Positions 18,124 through 28,395 of a stretch of 64,000 nt of DNA are shown piece after piece. The notes beneath the pieces were generated by a model that did not search any database, was not told the origin of the DNA, and was given only the letters and a program-made list of their open reading frames with translations. The stretch's first letter is position 1. Each line of letters starts with the position of its first letter. The position numbers and the translations under genes are program-made. Source of the stretch: an uncultured Actinomycetes bacterium (GTDB taxonomy: Bacteria > Actinomycetota > UBA4738 > HRBIN12); the NCBI GenBank assembly GCA_963704885.1, contig CAVPIB010000007.1, forward strand, positions 1 to 64,000, in the 5' to 3' direction.

Positions 18124-19902
18124 TCAGACGTAACGGGCGAAGAAGTCGAGGATCAGCTGCATGTGTCGGACGCGGGCTTCGACGCCGCTGGCATGGTGAC
18201 CCTGCGGATAGAGGTGCATCTCGACCGGGACCCCGCGCGCGCGGAGCGCGTCGACCCAAGGAGTGACCCCTTCGATCGGGCACCGGGGGTCCTCCTGTCC
18301 AGCGATCACGAGTACCGGTGCCTTCGCGCCGTCGACGAACGTCATGGGGTTGCGTTCCGCATACTTCTCGGGCACCTCTGCGGGTGTTCCGCCATAGAGC
18401 GATACGTCCCACGCCTGGATGTCAGGCATGCTCGCGTAGTGGGCGGCGACGGAGTCTCCGGCGGGGATGCCCGCGAACACCGCCCGCCATCGGTCCGGGT
18501 GCAGCCCCTCGTTCAGACACGCGAGGCAGCCTCCCCATGACCACCCCGAGAACGCCACCCGCCCCGGATCGGTGATCCCGGCGTCGATCAGCGCGTCGAG
18601 GCCGGCGATCACATCTTCCGTCTCGGGGAGCCATGGGTCGCCGATCAGCGCGTTGCGGAACTCCACTCCATAGCCCGTCGAACCCCGGTAGTTGACGAGC
18701 GCGACTGCGAACCCTGCGTCGACGAACGCGAGCGTCTCGGGGTCGAACGCGTTGCGTTCGTACCAGTCGGGCCCTCCGTGGACGCTCATCACGGTTGGGT
18801 GGGGACCTTCGCCGGGCGGGGTCAACACGATCGCCTGGATCCGATGTCCCTGCGGGTTCTCGAACCAGAACGCCCAAGAGGGGTGTCCGTCTGGCGGTCC
18901 GTCGCCTGGGGGTGCCAGTACCTCGAGTCCGTCGGTGTCGACGATCCTCGCGGGATGGACGCTGTCGCTCGTCGAGAACCAGACGGCGCCGTCCGGTCGC
19001 ACAGCCGCGTCGGTGATCTCACCCGCTGGATCCGCGATCAACGTGACGCGATCGCCCTCGGGTTCGAGTCGATACAGCTGGAACGTGCCCTCGAACTCGT
19101 GACGCACCAGGATGGCCGAACCATCCGGCCACCATCCCAGCGCGATCGCCGCGCCGGGCAAGGGCACGATCAGGTCCCGCCGCTGACCCTCACGGGGCCG
19201 CCATATCGCCGGCCGTTCGAACGGTCCGAGATCCGAGATGAAGAGCAGCCGATCATCACCCGGCAGCGGGCTCCAAGCCACGGGTTCGAGGTTCGAGCCT
19301 TCGTCTCGGAGATCGCCGACGACGTGGCCGTCAGACGTGTCGAAGACGCGGAGCGCTCGATGGAGGATGTCGCCACCCTCGGTATGAGCCGCGCAGACCA
19401 AGCGGCCGTCGGCTGAGATCCCACCGCGACCCGGGACCTCGATGGCGCCCACGCCCACCGGTCGGTCGCTCCGCCAGAGCTCGCGGATCGTCGGGTCCTC
19501 GGTCGTAACCAGGATCAGATAATCGGTCGAGGTGCCGATCCCGATGGCGGTGGCGCCGGCCGCGAACGAGATCCCCTCCGCCCAGCCGTCCGGGGCTCCG
19601 GGCACGAGGGGCTTGGGCTCCGATCCGTCGAAGGGCACCGCCATCCAGCGCCCACGTTCGTTTCCGGTCTCGTCGTGCCACCACACGATCCGTCCGTCGG
19701 GCGCCACCATGAGCGACTCGACGTCGATGGGCTCGGCGGTCACCTGCCTGCGTTCACCGGACTCGAGGTCCAGCGCCCAGGCCTGCCAGGCAGAACTCTC
19801 GTTGGAGAGGAAGGCCAACCGTTGAGGGGCGGCACTCGACCAAGCGGGGAACCTGACCTGCGGTGCCGTGAATCGCCGTTCCCATGCGGGGGTCTCGGTC
19901 AC
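18124..19902 (-). CDS. S9 (prolyl oligopeptidase/acylaminoacyl peptidase) family peptidase
   Basis: [13 protein letters not shown], nucleophile GWSWGG, DPRCP, GH. Confidence 0.92.
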   Translation of the reverse strand: MTETPAWERRFTAPQVRFPAWSSAAPQRLAFLSNESSAWQAWALDLESGERRQVTAEPIDVESLMVAPDGRIVWWHDETGNERGRWMAVPFDGSEPKPLVPGAPDGWAEGISFAAGATAIGIGTSTDYLILVTTEDPTIRELWRSDRPVGVGAIEVPGRGGISADGRLVCAAHTEGGDILHRALRVFDTSDGHVVGDLRDEGSNLEPVAWSPLPGDDRLLFISDLGPFERPAIWRPREGQRRDLIVPLPGAAIALGWWPDGSAILVRHEFEGTFQLYRLEPEGDRVTLIADPAGEITDAAVRPDGAVWFSTSDSVHPARIVDTDGLEVLAPPGDGPPDGHPSWAFWFENPQGHRIQAIVLTPPGEGPHPTVMSVHGGPDWYERNAFDPETLAFVDAGFAVALVNYRGSTGYGVEFRNALIGDPWLPETEDVIAGLDALIDAGITDPGRVAFSGWSWGGCLACLNEGLHPDRWRAVFAGIPAGDSVAAHYASMPDIQAWDVSLYGGTPAEVPEKYAERNPMTFVDGAKAPVLVIAGQEDPRCPIEGVTPWVDALRARGVPVEMHLYPQGHHASGVEARVRHMQLILDFFARYV

Positions 19903-19944
19903 GGTGGGAGCTTGTCACACACCCCCCGAATGACGCTACAATCG

Positions 19945-19971
19945 TTAGCACTCGGCAGGTCCGAGTGCTAG
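19945..19971 (+). promoter_or_regulatory. CIRCE element (HrcA operator) of groEL
   Basis: TTAGCACTC-N9-GAGTGCTAG, directly after a TACAAT -10 box (19937-19942). Confidence 0.93.
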
Positions 19972-19991
19972 CAGTCGGAACCATAGGGTGA

Positions 19992-21641
<1,650 letters not shown>

Positions 21642-21661
21642 CCCGCGCACGATCCGACGAC

Positions 21662-21687
21662 GAACGGGGGCCCTCGGGCCCCCGTTC
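21662..21687 (+). terminator. intrinsic terminator of groEL
   Basis: GAACGGGGGCC-CTCG-GGCCCCCGTTC followed by TGTT. Confidence 0.8.
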
Positions 21688-21758
21688 TGTTGGTGGGACG
21701 ACGTTTGACGGTCTCTGCACTACCCGTGAGGATGCCCTTCTTCCGACGGCGAGGGGAA

Positions 21759-23414
21759 GTGTTGGCCCAGCTCGCGAGATCGCTCCGGATCTTCCGGTCG
21801 GCGATGCACAACGGCTCGCTCCGGCGCGTCCTGGTTGGGTTCTTCCTGTTCACCGCCCAGGAGTACGCGGTGTGGATCGCGGTGATCGTGTATGCCTTCA
21901 ACCGTGGAGGTGCCGCGGCGGCCGGAGGCGTCCTCGTGGCGCAACTCGTTCCGGCAGCCATGGTGGCTCCGTTCACCTCGACGCTTGGCGATCGTCTCAG
22001 ACGCGATCATGCGCTGGCGATCGGATACGCCATCCAGGCGGCTGCCTGCGTTCTCTTGGCGCTAGCCCTGTGGAAAGCCCCGCCACTGCTCGCGTATGCC
22101 GCAGCAGTCGTCGCCAACTGCGCCATCACGTTCACGCGGCCGACCCACAACGCGATCTTGGCCGACCTCGCCGACACGCCCGAAGAGCTGACCGCCGCGA
22201 ACGCCGCTACGGGGATGGTGGAGGGGCTCGGCACGTTCGTAGGACCGGCGCTGAACGCGATCCTTATCGTCTCGCTTGGACCGGGAGGCGTGGTCGGAGT
22301 GATGGTATTCGTGATGATCGCCGCCGCCTGGCTCTGCTTCCACCTTCGGCTCCACCGAGACACCCACACCCACCAGGAAGCTGGCTCCGTCGCCGGAGCA
22401 TTCTTCGATGACGCGCTCGGCGGGTTGCGTGAGATTCGATCCGAGCCGGGAGCCCCTCTGCTCCTGGTCGTTGGTGGCAGTCAGTTCTTCTTGATCGGGC
22501 TGCTCGACGTCTTCTACGCACTCCTTGCGATCGACGTGCTCGCGGTGGGCAGTTCGGGGGCAGGAACTCTCGCCGCGGGCTACGGGATCGGTGGTTTGGT
22601 CGGTGCGACGGTTGCGGTCGTCCTGGCCGGGCGACGTCGCTTGTCTGTGGCGATGCTCGGCGGGCTCCTCGCCTGCGGAGTGACCCTAGCCGTGGTTGGG
22701 CTCGCCGGGAGCATGGCGAGTGCCTTGATGCTGCTCGCTGCATGTGGCGCGGCCAGATCGTTCTTCGACGTCGCGGCTCGTACGCTCCTTCAGCGAGCGG
22801 TACGGGACGACGTGCTCGCGCGGGTGTTCGGCCTGGAGGAGGCGCTCCAGATGCTCGGACTCGCGGTCGGCGCGGCCGCAGCACCGCTCCTCGTCTCCGC
22901 GTTCGGGCCACGAGGGGCTTTCTTGACGTCCGGCGCATCACTCGCCGCGATCGCCGTTGGCTCTTGGCCTCGGCTGCGTAAGGTGGACGCGACGGCCCAC
23001 TTGCCGGGTCCCGAGTTCATGCTGCTCCGGAGCGTCCCCATCTTCGAACCGCTCGCGGAGCACGTCGCCGAACAGCTTTCGCGGCACCTGATCCCGGTGG
23101 AGGTGTCAGCTGGGACCGTCGTCATGCGGGAAGGGGACGAAGGGGATCGCTTCTATGTCGTGGTGGAGGGTGAGGCTGAGGTGAGCACAGGTGGTCGGTC
23201 TGTCGCCCGACTGGGACGCGGCTCCTACTTCGGTGAGATCGCCCTGCTTCGCGACATCCCGCGCACCGCGACGGTTTCGGCCCGAACCGACTGCCGCCTC
23301 CTGGCGCTCGAGCGAGACGTGTTCCTTCATGCGGTGACGGGTTCGCATCCAAGTGTGGCTACCGCCGACGCCGAGATCGCCAAGCGCCTCCGCGAACTGG
23401 GGCATCCAGAGTGA
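21759..23414 (+). CDS. MFS transporter fused to a C-terminal cyclic-nucleotide-binding domain
   Basis: About 12 TM segments, then EGDEGDRFYVV..YFGEIALLRDIPRTATV. Start uncertain (21732-21762). Confidence 0.88.
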   Translation: MLAQLARSLRIFRSAMHNGSLRRVLVGFFLFTAQEYAVWIAVIVYAFNRGGAAAAGGVLVAQLVPAAMVAPFTSTLGDRLRRDHALAIGYAIQAAACVLLALALWKAPPLLAYAAAVVANCAITFTRPTHNAILADLADTPEELTAANAATGMVEGLGTFVGPALNAILIVSLGPGGVVGVMVFVMIAAAWLCFHLRLHRDTHTHQEAGSVAGAFFDDALGGLREIRSEPGAPLLLVVGGSQFFLIGLLDVFYALLAIDVLAVGSSGAGTLAAGYGIGGLVGATVAVVLAGRRRLSVAMLGGLLACGVTLAVVGLAGSMASALMLLAACGAARSFFDVAARTLLQRAVRDDVLARVFGLEEALQMLGLAVGAAAAPLLVSAFGPRGAFLTSGASLAAIAVGSWPRLRKVDATAHLPGPEFMLLRSVPIFEPLAEHVAEQLSRHLIPVEVSAGTVVMREGDEGDRFYVVVEGEAEVSTGGRSVARLGRGSYFGEIALLRDIPRTATVSARTDCRLLALERDVFLHAVTGSHPSVATADAEIAKRLRELGHPE

Positions 23415-23449
23415 GCGTCACAAGTTCGCAACGGTTCGATGTTGAACCT

Positions 23450-23530
23450 CGCGGCTCTGTGCGGCGAACGACGGGTGGAGCCCCTCTCTCCGAACGAACG
23501 GCCCGGACCCCCCGTCCGGGCCGTTCCGCG
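23450..23530 (+). ncRNA. 6C RNA-like small RNA candidate (alternatively a terminator)
   Basis: Two consecutive hairpins with C-rich loops: GGAG-CCCCTCT-CTCC and GAACGGCCCGGA-CCCCCC-GTCCGGGCCGTTC (six C). Boundaries approximate. Confidence 0.45.
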
Positions 23531-23571
23531 TCCCAGGGGCCATCGCCCGGCGGCGTGCGAGAATCCTCGCG

Positions 23572-24387
23572 ATGGTGACGACCGAGGTCGAGCGCAAGCT
23601 CGCGGCGCTCCACGAGACCGTTCTTGCCACGAAGGGCGTGGTTGTCGCGTATTCGGGCGGGATCGACTCGACCGTCGTGGCAGCCGTGGCGGCCCGCGCC
23701 CTGGGCGATCGCGCGATAGCGGTTACCGCGGTTTCTCCTGCGCTCCCGCCCGGTGAAGCCGAGGGAGCCAAACGGCTGGCGGCGCGTCTGGGCATCCGTC
23801 ACCGGATCGTCCGCACTCATGAGGTCGAACGTCCCGGATACCTGGCTAACGGCCTCGATCGCTGCTACCACTGTAAGACCGAGCTCTACGACGTGTTGGC
23901 TCGCGTCGCCGAGGAGCGGGACTTCCCCGCCGTGGTCTCGGGCGCGAACCTGGACGACCTGGACGACTTCCGTCCCGGCCTCACCGCGGCGGCGGAGCAC
24001 GGCGTTCGACATCCGTTGGTGGAGACAGGCATGAGGAAATCCGATGTCCGTGAAGCGGCCAGGGAGCTGGGGATCCCTACCTGGGATAAGCCGGCGTCGG
24101 CCTGCCTCGCCTCGCGGATCCCGTTCGGGGTGACTATCACCGTGGAAGAGCTGTCGAAGGTCGGGCGCGCCGAGCGCGCTCTGAAGGATCTGGGCTTCAC
24201 CCAGTGCAGGGTCCGGTCGCATGGTGATGTGGCGCGGATCGAAGTGGAAGCTGCCGAACTGGGTCGGCTGGCTGAACCAGAGGTCCGCGAGCGGGCGGTC
24301 CGGTCGCTCCGTGGCCTCGGCTATCGCTATGTCACCGTCGATCTGGAGGGGTTCAGGTCTGGAAGCATGAACCCCGAGTCGTCCTAG
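23572..24387 (+). CDS. larE: LarE-family ATP-dependent sulfur transferase
   Basis: PP-loop AYSGGIDS, RCYHCK, DFRPG, WDKPASACLASRIP, RVRSH, FRSGSMN. Confidence 0.92.
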   Translation: MVTTEVERKLAALHETVLATKGVVVAYSGGIDSTVVAAVAARALGDRAIAVTAVSPALPPGEAEGAKRLAARLGIRHRIVRTHEVERPGYLANGLDRCYHCKTELYDVLARVAEERDFPAVVSGANLDDLDDFRPGLTAAAEHGVRHPLVETGMRKSDVREAARELGIPTWDKPASACLASRIPFGVTITVEELSKVGRAERALKDLGFTQCRVRSHGDVARIEVEAAELGRLAEPEVRERAVRSLRGLGYRYVTVDLEGFRSGSMNPESS

Positions 24388-24391
24388 CCCG

Positions 24392-24805
24392 ATGCACGAG
24401 GTCACCATCCAGATCCGCTGGCGGGACCTGGACGCCTATGGCCATGTCAACAACGCCGTGTACCTCACCTACCTGGAGGAATGTCGCGACGCTTGGGCGC
24501 AGGCGCTCCTGGGGTCGGCCGGAGGTAGCTGGGACTTCGTGCTCGCCCACGTCGGCGTGGACTACCGCCACCAGCTCACGCAGGCTGATCGAGAAGTGAT
24601 GGTTCGCTGCAGCCTTGCCTCTTTCGGCCGCTCGAGCATCCGAACCCGGGAAGCGATCGTGATGAGCGACGGAACGCTCGCCGCTGAGGCCGAGGCCGTC
24701 GTGGTTCCCCGCGACCCGAAGGCCGATCGCTCACGCCCTCTGTCCCACGCCGAACGCCAGCTGCTGGACGTTGAGCTCGGTCTGGAGAGCCAGGCAGGCG
24801 GCTAG
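24392..24805 (+). CDS. acyl-CoA thioesterase (4HBT/YbgC hotdog family)
   Basis: RWRDLDAYGHVNNAVYLTYLE. Confidence 0.92.
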   Translation: MHEVTIQIRWRDLDAYGHVNNAVYLTYLEECRDAWAQALLGSAGGSWDFVLAHVGVDYRHQLTQADREVMVRCSLASFGRSSIRTREAIVMSDGTLAAEAEAVVVPRDPKADRSRPLSHAERQLLDVELGLESQAGG

Positions 24806-25947
24806 GCTGGGAGCACGCGCCGACCGTGCACGAAGTGGTCGCGGTACCAACCGTCGCCGACCCACATGATCGTCACTCCGCCCGGCGTGCTGGAAGAGTC
24901 AAGGGCCCAGCCGTTGCCGATGAACGTGTCCACGTGATCCACGCGCCCGTCGCCGTCGCCGTCGTAGAACATCAGATCGCCCGGTTGCAGCTTTTCGTAT
25001 GTGAGTTTGCCGAACCGGGCCATGTCGGCAGAGGTTCGTTGGGGTAGATCCCAACCCGCGTATGGCCGCGGCGGGGCGACGTTCCACGCGCCTCCGTCGT
25101 TCGCACGCAGGAGCCACCACATGAGACCGGAGCAGTCGAACCCGGCGACCGGCTGCCCGCCAAGGCCTGAGGGCTCGGGTGAGGAGAGACCCCATTCGCC
25201 AGCCCAAACGTACGGGTAACCCGCGTAGCCCACGCCCCACTGCACGATCTGCTGCTGATCTGGGCTGAGCGCCGGGAGCTCTATCCCCTGGTACTGATCG
25301 AGCAGGCTCGGAACGTTCCATGACGGCTGGGTTACGGCGCGATAGAGCGAATACGCGACCTGCGCACGGGTGAGCGGCGTCGTCGGCCCGACGTCCATCG
25401 ATTCGTCCGAGTTGTTGTAACGAAGACCCAAACGCATACCCAGGACCAAGGCACCGAAGTTCGATGGGAGCTTGAAGGTCTGCGTATCCGCGGTGTGGAG
25501 ATGGTTGAGTGCTTTCGCGGCGGGCCCAAGCCCGAGCGCCAGCACCAGGACCCGGTGAACGGCGGTCATGGTGACGGCTTTGTCGGCCGCGAACGTTCCC
25601 GATCGCGTCTTCTTGAGCCAATGGAGCTTCACAGCGACGTTGGCGTACGGGTAGAAGGGGTCGCTCGGATCAAGGTCGCCGAACGTGATCAGCGGGTCGA
25701 CCGGCTCGTTGGGGGCGAGCGCCGAAACGGCCGCTCGCGCGAAGTACTTGCGCGTCTCGATCGTGGCGGGCTGGAACGGGTAGGTGCCGTCCGAGTTGGA
25801 ACCGAAGTCCCTCATCCAGGTGTTCGTTGCTCCCACGTACCGGATGGCATCTCTGGCCCACTTGTACGTTGCGTCGACGTCTGACCACACGATCTGCGTG
25901 TCGCGTGCACCGCGTGCAGCGACGGAGCGCGATAGGGCGGGCACCAC
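24802..25947 (-). CDS. NlpC/P60 (C40) cell-wall peptidase with SLH-like N-terminal region; signal peptide encoded out of frame upstream (ATG 26102)
   Basis: PYVWAG, FDCSGL, PGDLMFY, HV catalytic motifs; LTRAQVA SLH-like motif. Confidence 0.85.
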   Translation of the reverse strand: MVPALSRSVAARGARDTQIVWSDVDATYKWARDAIRYVGATNTWMRDFGSNSDGTYPFQPATIETRKYFARAAVSALAPNEPVDPLITFGDLDPSDPFYPYANVAVKLHWLKKTRSGTFAADKAVTMTAVHRVLVLALGLGPAAKALNHLHTADTQTFKLPSNFGALVLGMRLGLRYNNSDESMDVGPTTPLTRAQVAYSLYRAVTQPSWNVPSLLDQYQGIELPALSPDQQQIVQWGVGYAGYPYVWAGEWGLSSPEPSGLGGQPVAGFDCSGLMWWLLRANDGGAWNVAPPRPYAGWDLPQRTSADMARFGKLTYEKLQPGDLMFYDGDGDGRVDHVDTFIGNGWALDSSSTPGGVTIMWVGDGWYRDHFVHGRRVLPA

Positions 25948-26109
25948 GATGGGGATGGCCTTCGGACCGGAGCCCTGCTCACCTGCGGTGATCCCTCGTG
26001 GCGCCGGGCATCGGCGCCGTGGCTAGGTAGCAGCGACAACAGGAGCGTCGCCGCGAGCGTGAACGTGATCAGACGGCAGAGCCGACGTCCCCCCGGAGCC
26101 ATGCATCTA

Positions 26110-26137
26110 TCGTCGGCCCCCGCCGTTCAGGCCTTGA
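26110..26137 (-). promoter_or_regulatory. sigma28/WhiG-like promoter (NlpC/P60 gene, leaderless)
   Basis: TCAAG-N15-GCCGACGA, 7 nt before ATG 26102. Confidence 0.6.
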
Positions 26138-26155
26138 ATCGATCCTTCCGGAGGA

Positions 26156-26683
26156 TCAGCCCTTTGGGCCCTCCGCTCGCACCTTCTCGACCGCCCCGAG
26201 GGCATCGCGAAGATCCTTCAGCCAGTCGTCCTGGCGCTCGGCCACCATCCGAACGCACCAGGCGAGGGCGTGGCTGCGGCTGCGCGCGACCCCTGCCTCC
26301 ACCAGTGTGTCCAGGACCCGTCGCTCGGGCATCCGGAGCCTGGTCATGGCGGGAACGGCGAGCGTGGTGAACAGGCTCTCCTGGTCGCCGCACGCGGCTC
26401 CCCAGGACACCTTGCGCCCGAACCGATGTTGGGCTTCCTCGGCGATCCGCATCCGCTGGCGACGCGTGTCCTCTCGGAAACCGTCGATCCGCGCGGATCG
26501 AGCCGCCCCTAGCGCCTCGGGGGAGGCGTCTCCCGGCAGGTCGGGCTCCGGGAGCGTCCCCACGACCATGATCTCCTCGCGGTCCGTCCGCACGTCGGGG
26601 GCGTCGGTGAACCAATCATCGGGCAGACGCCCGGTGAACCATCCTCGTAGCACTTCGGGTGAGGTGTTCTGTGTGGTTGGCAT
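26156..26683 (-). CDS. conserved actinobacterial hypothetical protein with C-terminal ribbon-helix-helix-like segment
   Basis: GWFTGRLPDDWF, FREDTR..RMRIA, MTRLRMPERRVLDTLVEAGVARSRSHALAWCV. Confidence 0.8.
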   Translation of the reverse strand: MPTTQNTSPEVLRGWFTGRLPDDWFTDAPDVRTDREEIMVVGTLPEPDLPGDASPEALGAARSARIDGFREDTRRQRMRIAEEAQHRFGRKVSWGAACGDQESLFTTLAVPAMTRLRMPERRVLDTLVEAGVARSRSHALAWCVRMVAERQDDWLKDLRDALGAVEKVRAEGPKG

Positions 26684-26689
26684 GAAGTG

Positions 26690-26712
26690 AGATTACATCA
26701 TTACCCACTTAC
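26690..26712 (-). promoter_or_regulatory. three GTAA direct repeats (8-bp period) overlapping the -10 box
   Basis: Minus strand GTAAGTGG-GTAATGAT-GTAATCT, then 6 nt to ATG. Confidence 0.45.
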
Positions 26713-26937
26713 CTACGCGGCATGGGCAGCACGAGCGGCGCGGATGGGCGACGGGAGTGGGGAGCGGGCGGGTGTTACCTTCCGACGGTGGTGATCGGCT
26801 GGCTCGCCGGGCTCGTGACCCTGATTGCGGCCGCGCGGATCGTCGTGCGACGCTTGCAGCGCAGAACGCCTGATACGGGTGGCGCATCCGATGCCGACGT
26901 AGTGCCGGCGTTGCCATCACCGGGGGAGGTAGCGACG

Positions 26938-28395
26938 GTGACCAGACAGGGAACGCTCCACGGGATCGCCGACATCCGTCACTTCTTCCGGACGAACGAC
27001 ACCCCGATCTACTTCGTGTCGGCCACGGCCTTCAACCTGCTGGGCATCGACCGGTGGGTGCGCAACTTCAAGTTCATCAACTACTACGACTCCTTCGATG
27101 GCACGCATCCCAACGTCTTCGTGCCGAAGGAGCAGACCGCCAGGGAGTTCGGCTCGATCGAGGAGATCTGCAATTACCTGTTGGGGCACAAGGAGGTCGT
27201 GGACTTCGTCGGGCGGCGCGGCTCGGGCGGAAAGGCCGTCTTCCTGATGTTCGACGAGGAGACCGAGGAGCTGGCGCACGAACTGGGGCTGGAGGTCGCG
27301 TTCCCCAAGGCCAAGCTGCGGCACCGTCTCGACTCGAAGATCGCGACGACGGAGCTGGGGAACGAAGCGGGTGTGCCCAGCGTGCCGAACGCGCTCGGTC
27401 GCGCCGGCGACTACCAAGATCTGATAACGCTCGCTCGAGCAGCCGGGCTCGGTGACGACCTGGTCGTGCAGACGCCGTACGGGGATTCGGGACAGACCAC
27501 CTTCTTCATCGCGGAAGAGGGCGACTGGAAGGAGCACCGAGACAAGATCGTTGGGCAGGATCTCAAGGTCATGCGGCGGATCGATCCGCGCGAATGCGCG
27601 ATCGAAGGGGTGATCACACGACACGGAACGCTGGTCGGTCCATTGATGGCCGAGCTCACCGGGTTCCCCGAACTGACCCCCTACCACGGGGGTTGGTGCG
27701 GCAACGACGTTTCCCCGGATGTGCTGAGCGAGGGCCAGCGGCAGCTCGCTCGCGAGCGGACGTTCGCGATGGGAGAGCGTCTTCGAAAGGAGGGGTACCG
27801 CGGCTACTTCGAGCTGGACTTCCTGGCCGATGCTTCGTCGGGGGAGATGTATCTGGGTGAGCTGAACCCCAGGGTGACCGGTGCCTCCAGCATCACCAAC
27901 GTCACGGCTGTGGCGTACGGCGACATGCCACTGTTCCTGTTCCATCTGCTCGAATTCATGGGCGTCGACTACGAGATCGACGTCGACGAGCTGAACGATC
28001 GATGGGCGCAACCGGCCAACATCGACCGCTGGACCCAGTTCATCCTCAAGCAGACCGACGCCCGCGTCGAACGCATCACCGGAGCCCCGACATCGGGGAT
28101 ATGGCGCATGGCCGACGATCACACGATCGCATACGTGCGACGGGAGACCGACTGGCACTCCGTCGCCGATGAGCAGGAGGCGTTCTACCTGCGGATCGCG
28201 GGAGCCGGTCACTACCGCTACCCGGGAGCCGACCTGGGCATCCTGGTGACCCGAGGTCGGTTCCTGGATGATGAGAACGAGTTGACGGACCGCGCCCGAT
28301 GGTGGATCGATGGCGTCCAGACGCAGTTCGCGAGCGAGCCTTTCGAGGAGGTTCCTTCCATCAGTCCCGAGCCGTTCGGGTTCAAGATGCTCTGA
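26938..28395 (+). CDS. ATP-grasp fold protein (family usually mislabelled biotin carboxylase; probable peptide/amide ligase)
   Basis: LDSKIAT, VVQTPYGDSGQTTF, WCGND, GYFELDFL, GELNPR. GTG after GGAGG; an alternative start at 26788 would add a hydrophobic N-terminus. Confidence 0.85.
   Translation: MTRQGTLHGIADIRHFFRTNDTPIYFVSATAFNLLGIDRWVRNFKFINYYDSFDGTHPNVFVPKEQTAREFGSIEEICNYLLGHKEVVDFVGRRGSGGKAVFLMFDEETEELAHELGLEVAFPKAKLRHRLDSKIATTELGNEAGVPSVPNALGRAGDYQDLITLARAAGLGDDLVVQTPYGDSGQTTFFIAEEGDWKEHRDKIVGQDLKVMRRIDPRECAIEGVITRHGTLVGPLMAELTGFPELTPYHGGWCGNDVSPDVLSEGQRQLARERTFAMGERLRKEGYRGYFELDFLADASSGEMYLGELNPRVTGASSITNVTAVAYGDMPLFLFHLLEFMGVDYEIDVDELNDRWAQPANIDRWTQFILKQTDARVERITGAPTSGIWRMADDHTIAYVRRETDWHSVADEQEAFYLRIAGAGHYRYPGADLGILVTRGRFLDDENELTDRARWWIDGVQTQFASEPFEEVPSISPEPFGFKML

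Noticed and set aside
26874-26900. Seventh sigma28-like promoter before the ATP-grasp gene (TACGG-N14-GCCGACGT)
   Set aside because: The -35 match is poor and the start codon is ambiguous, so it was not counted.
26938-28395. Biotin carboxylase / acetyl-CoA carboxylase subunit
   Set aside because: It lacks the ANRGEIA, HPGYGFLSE and RDCS motifs, and no biotin carrier or carboxyltransferase is nearby.
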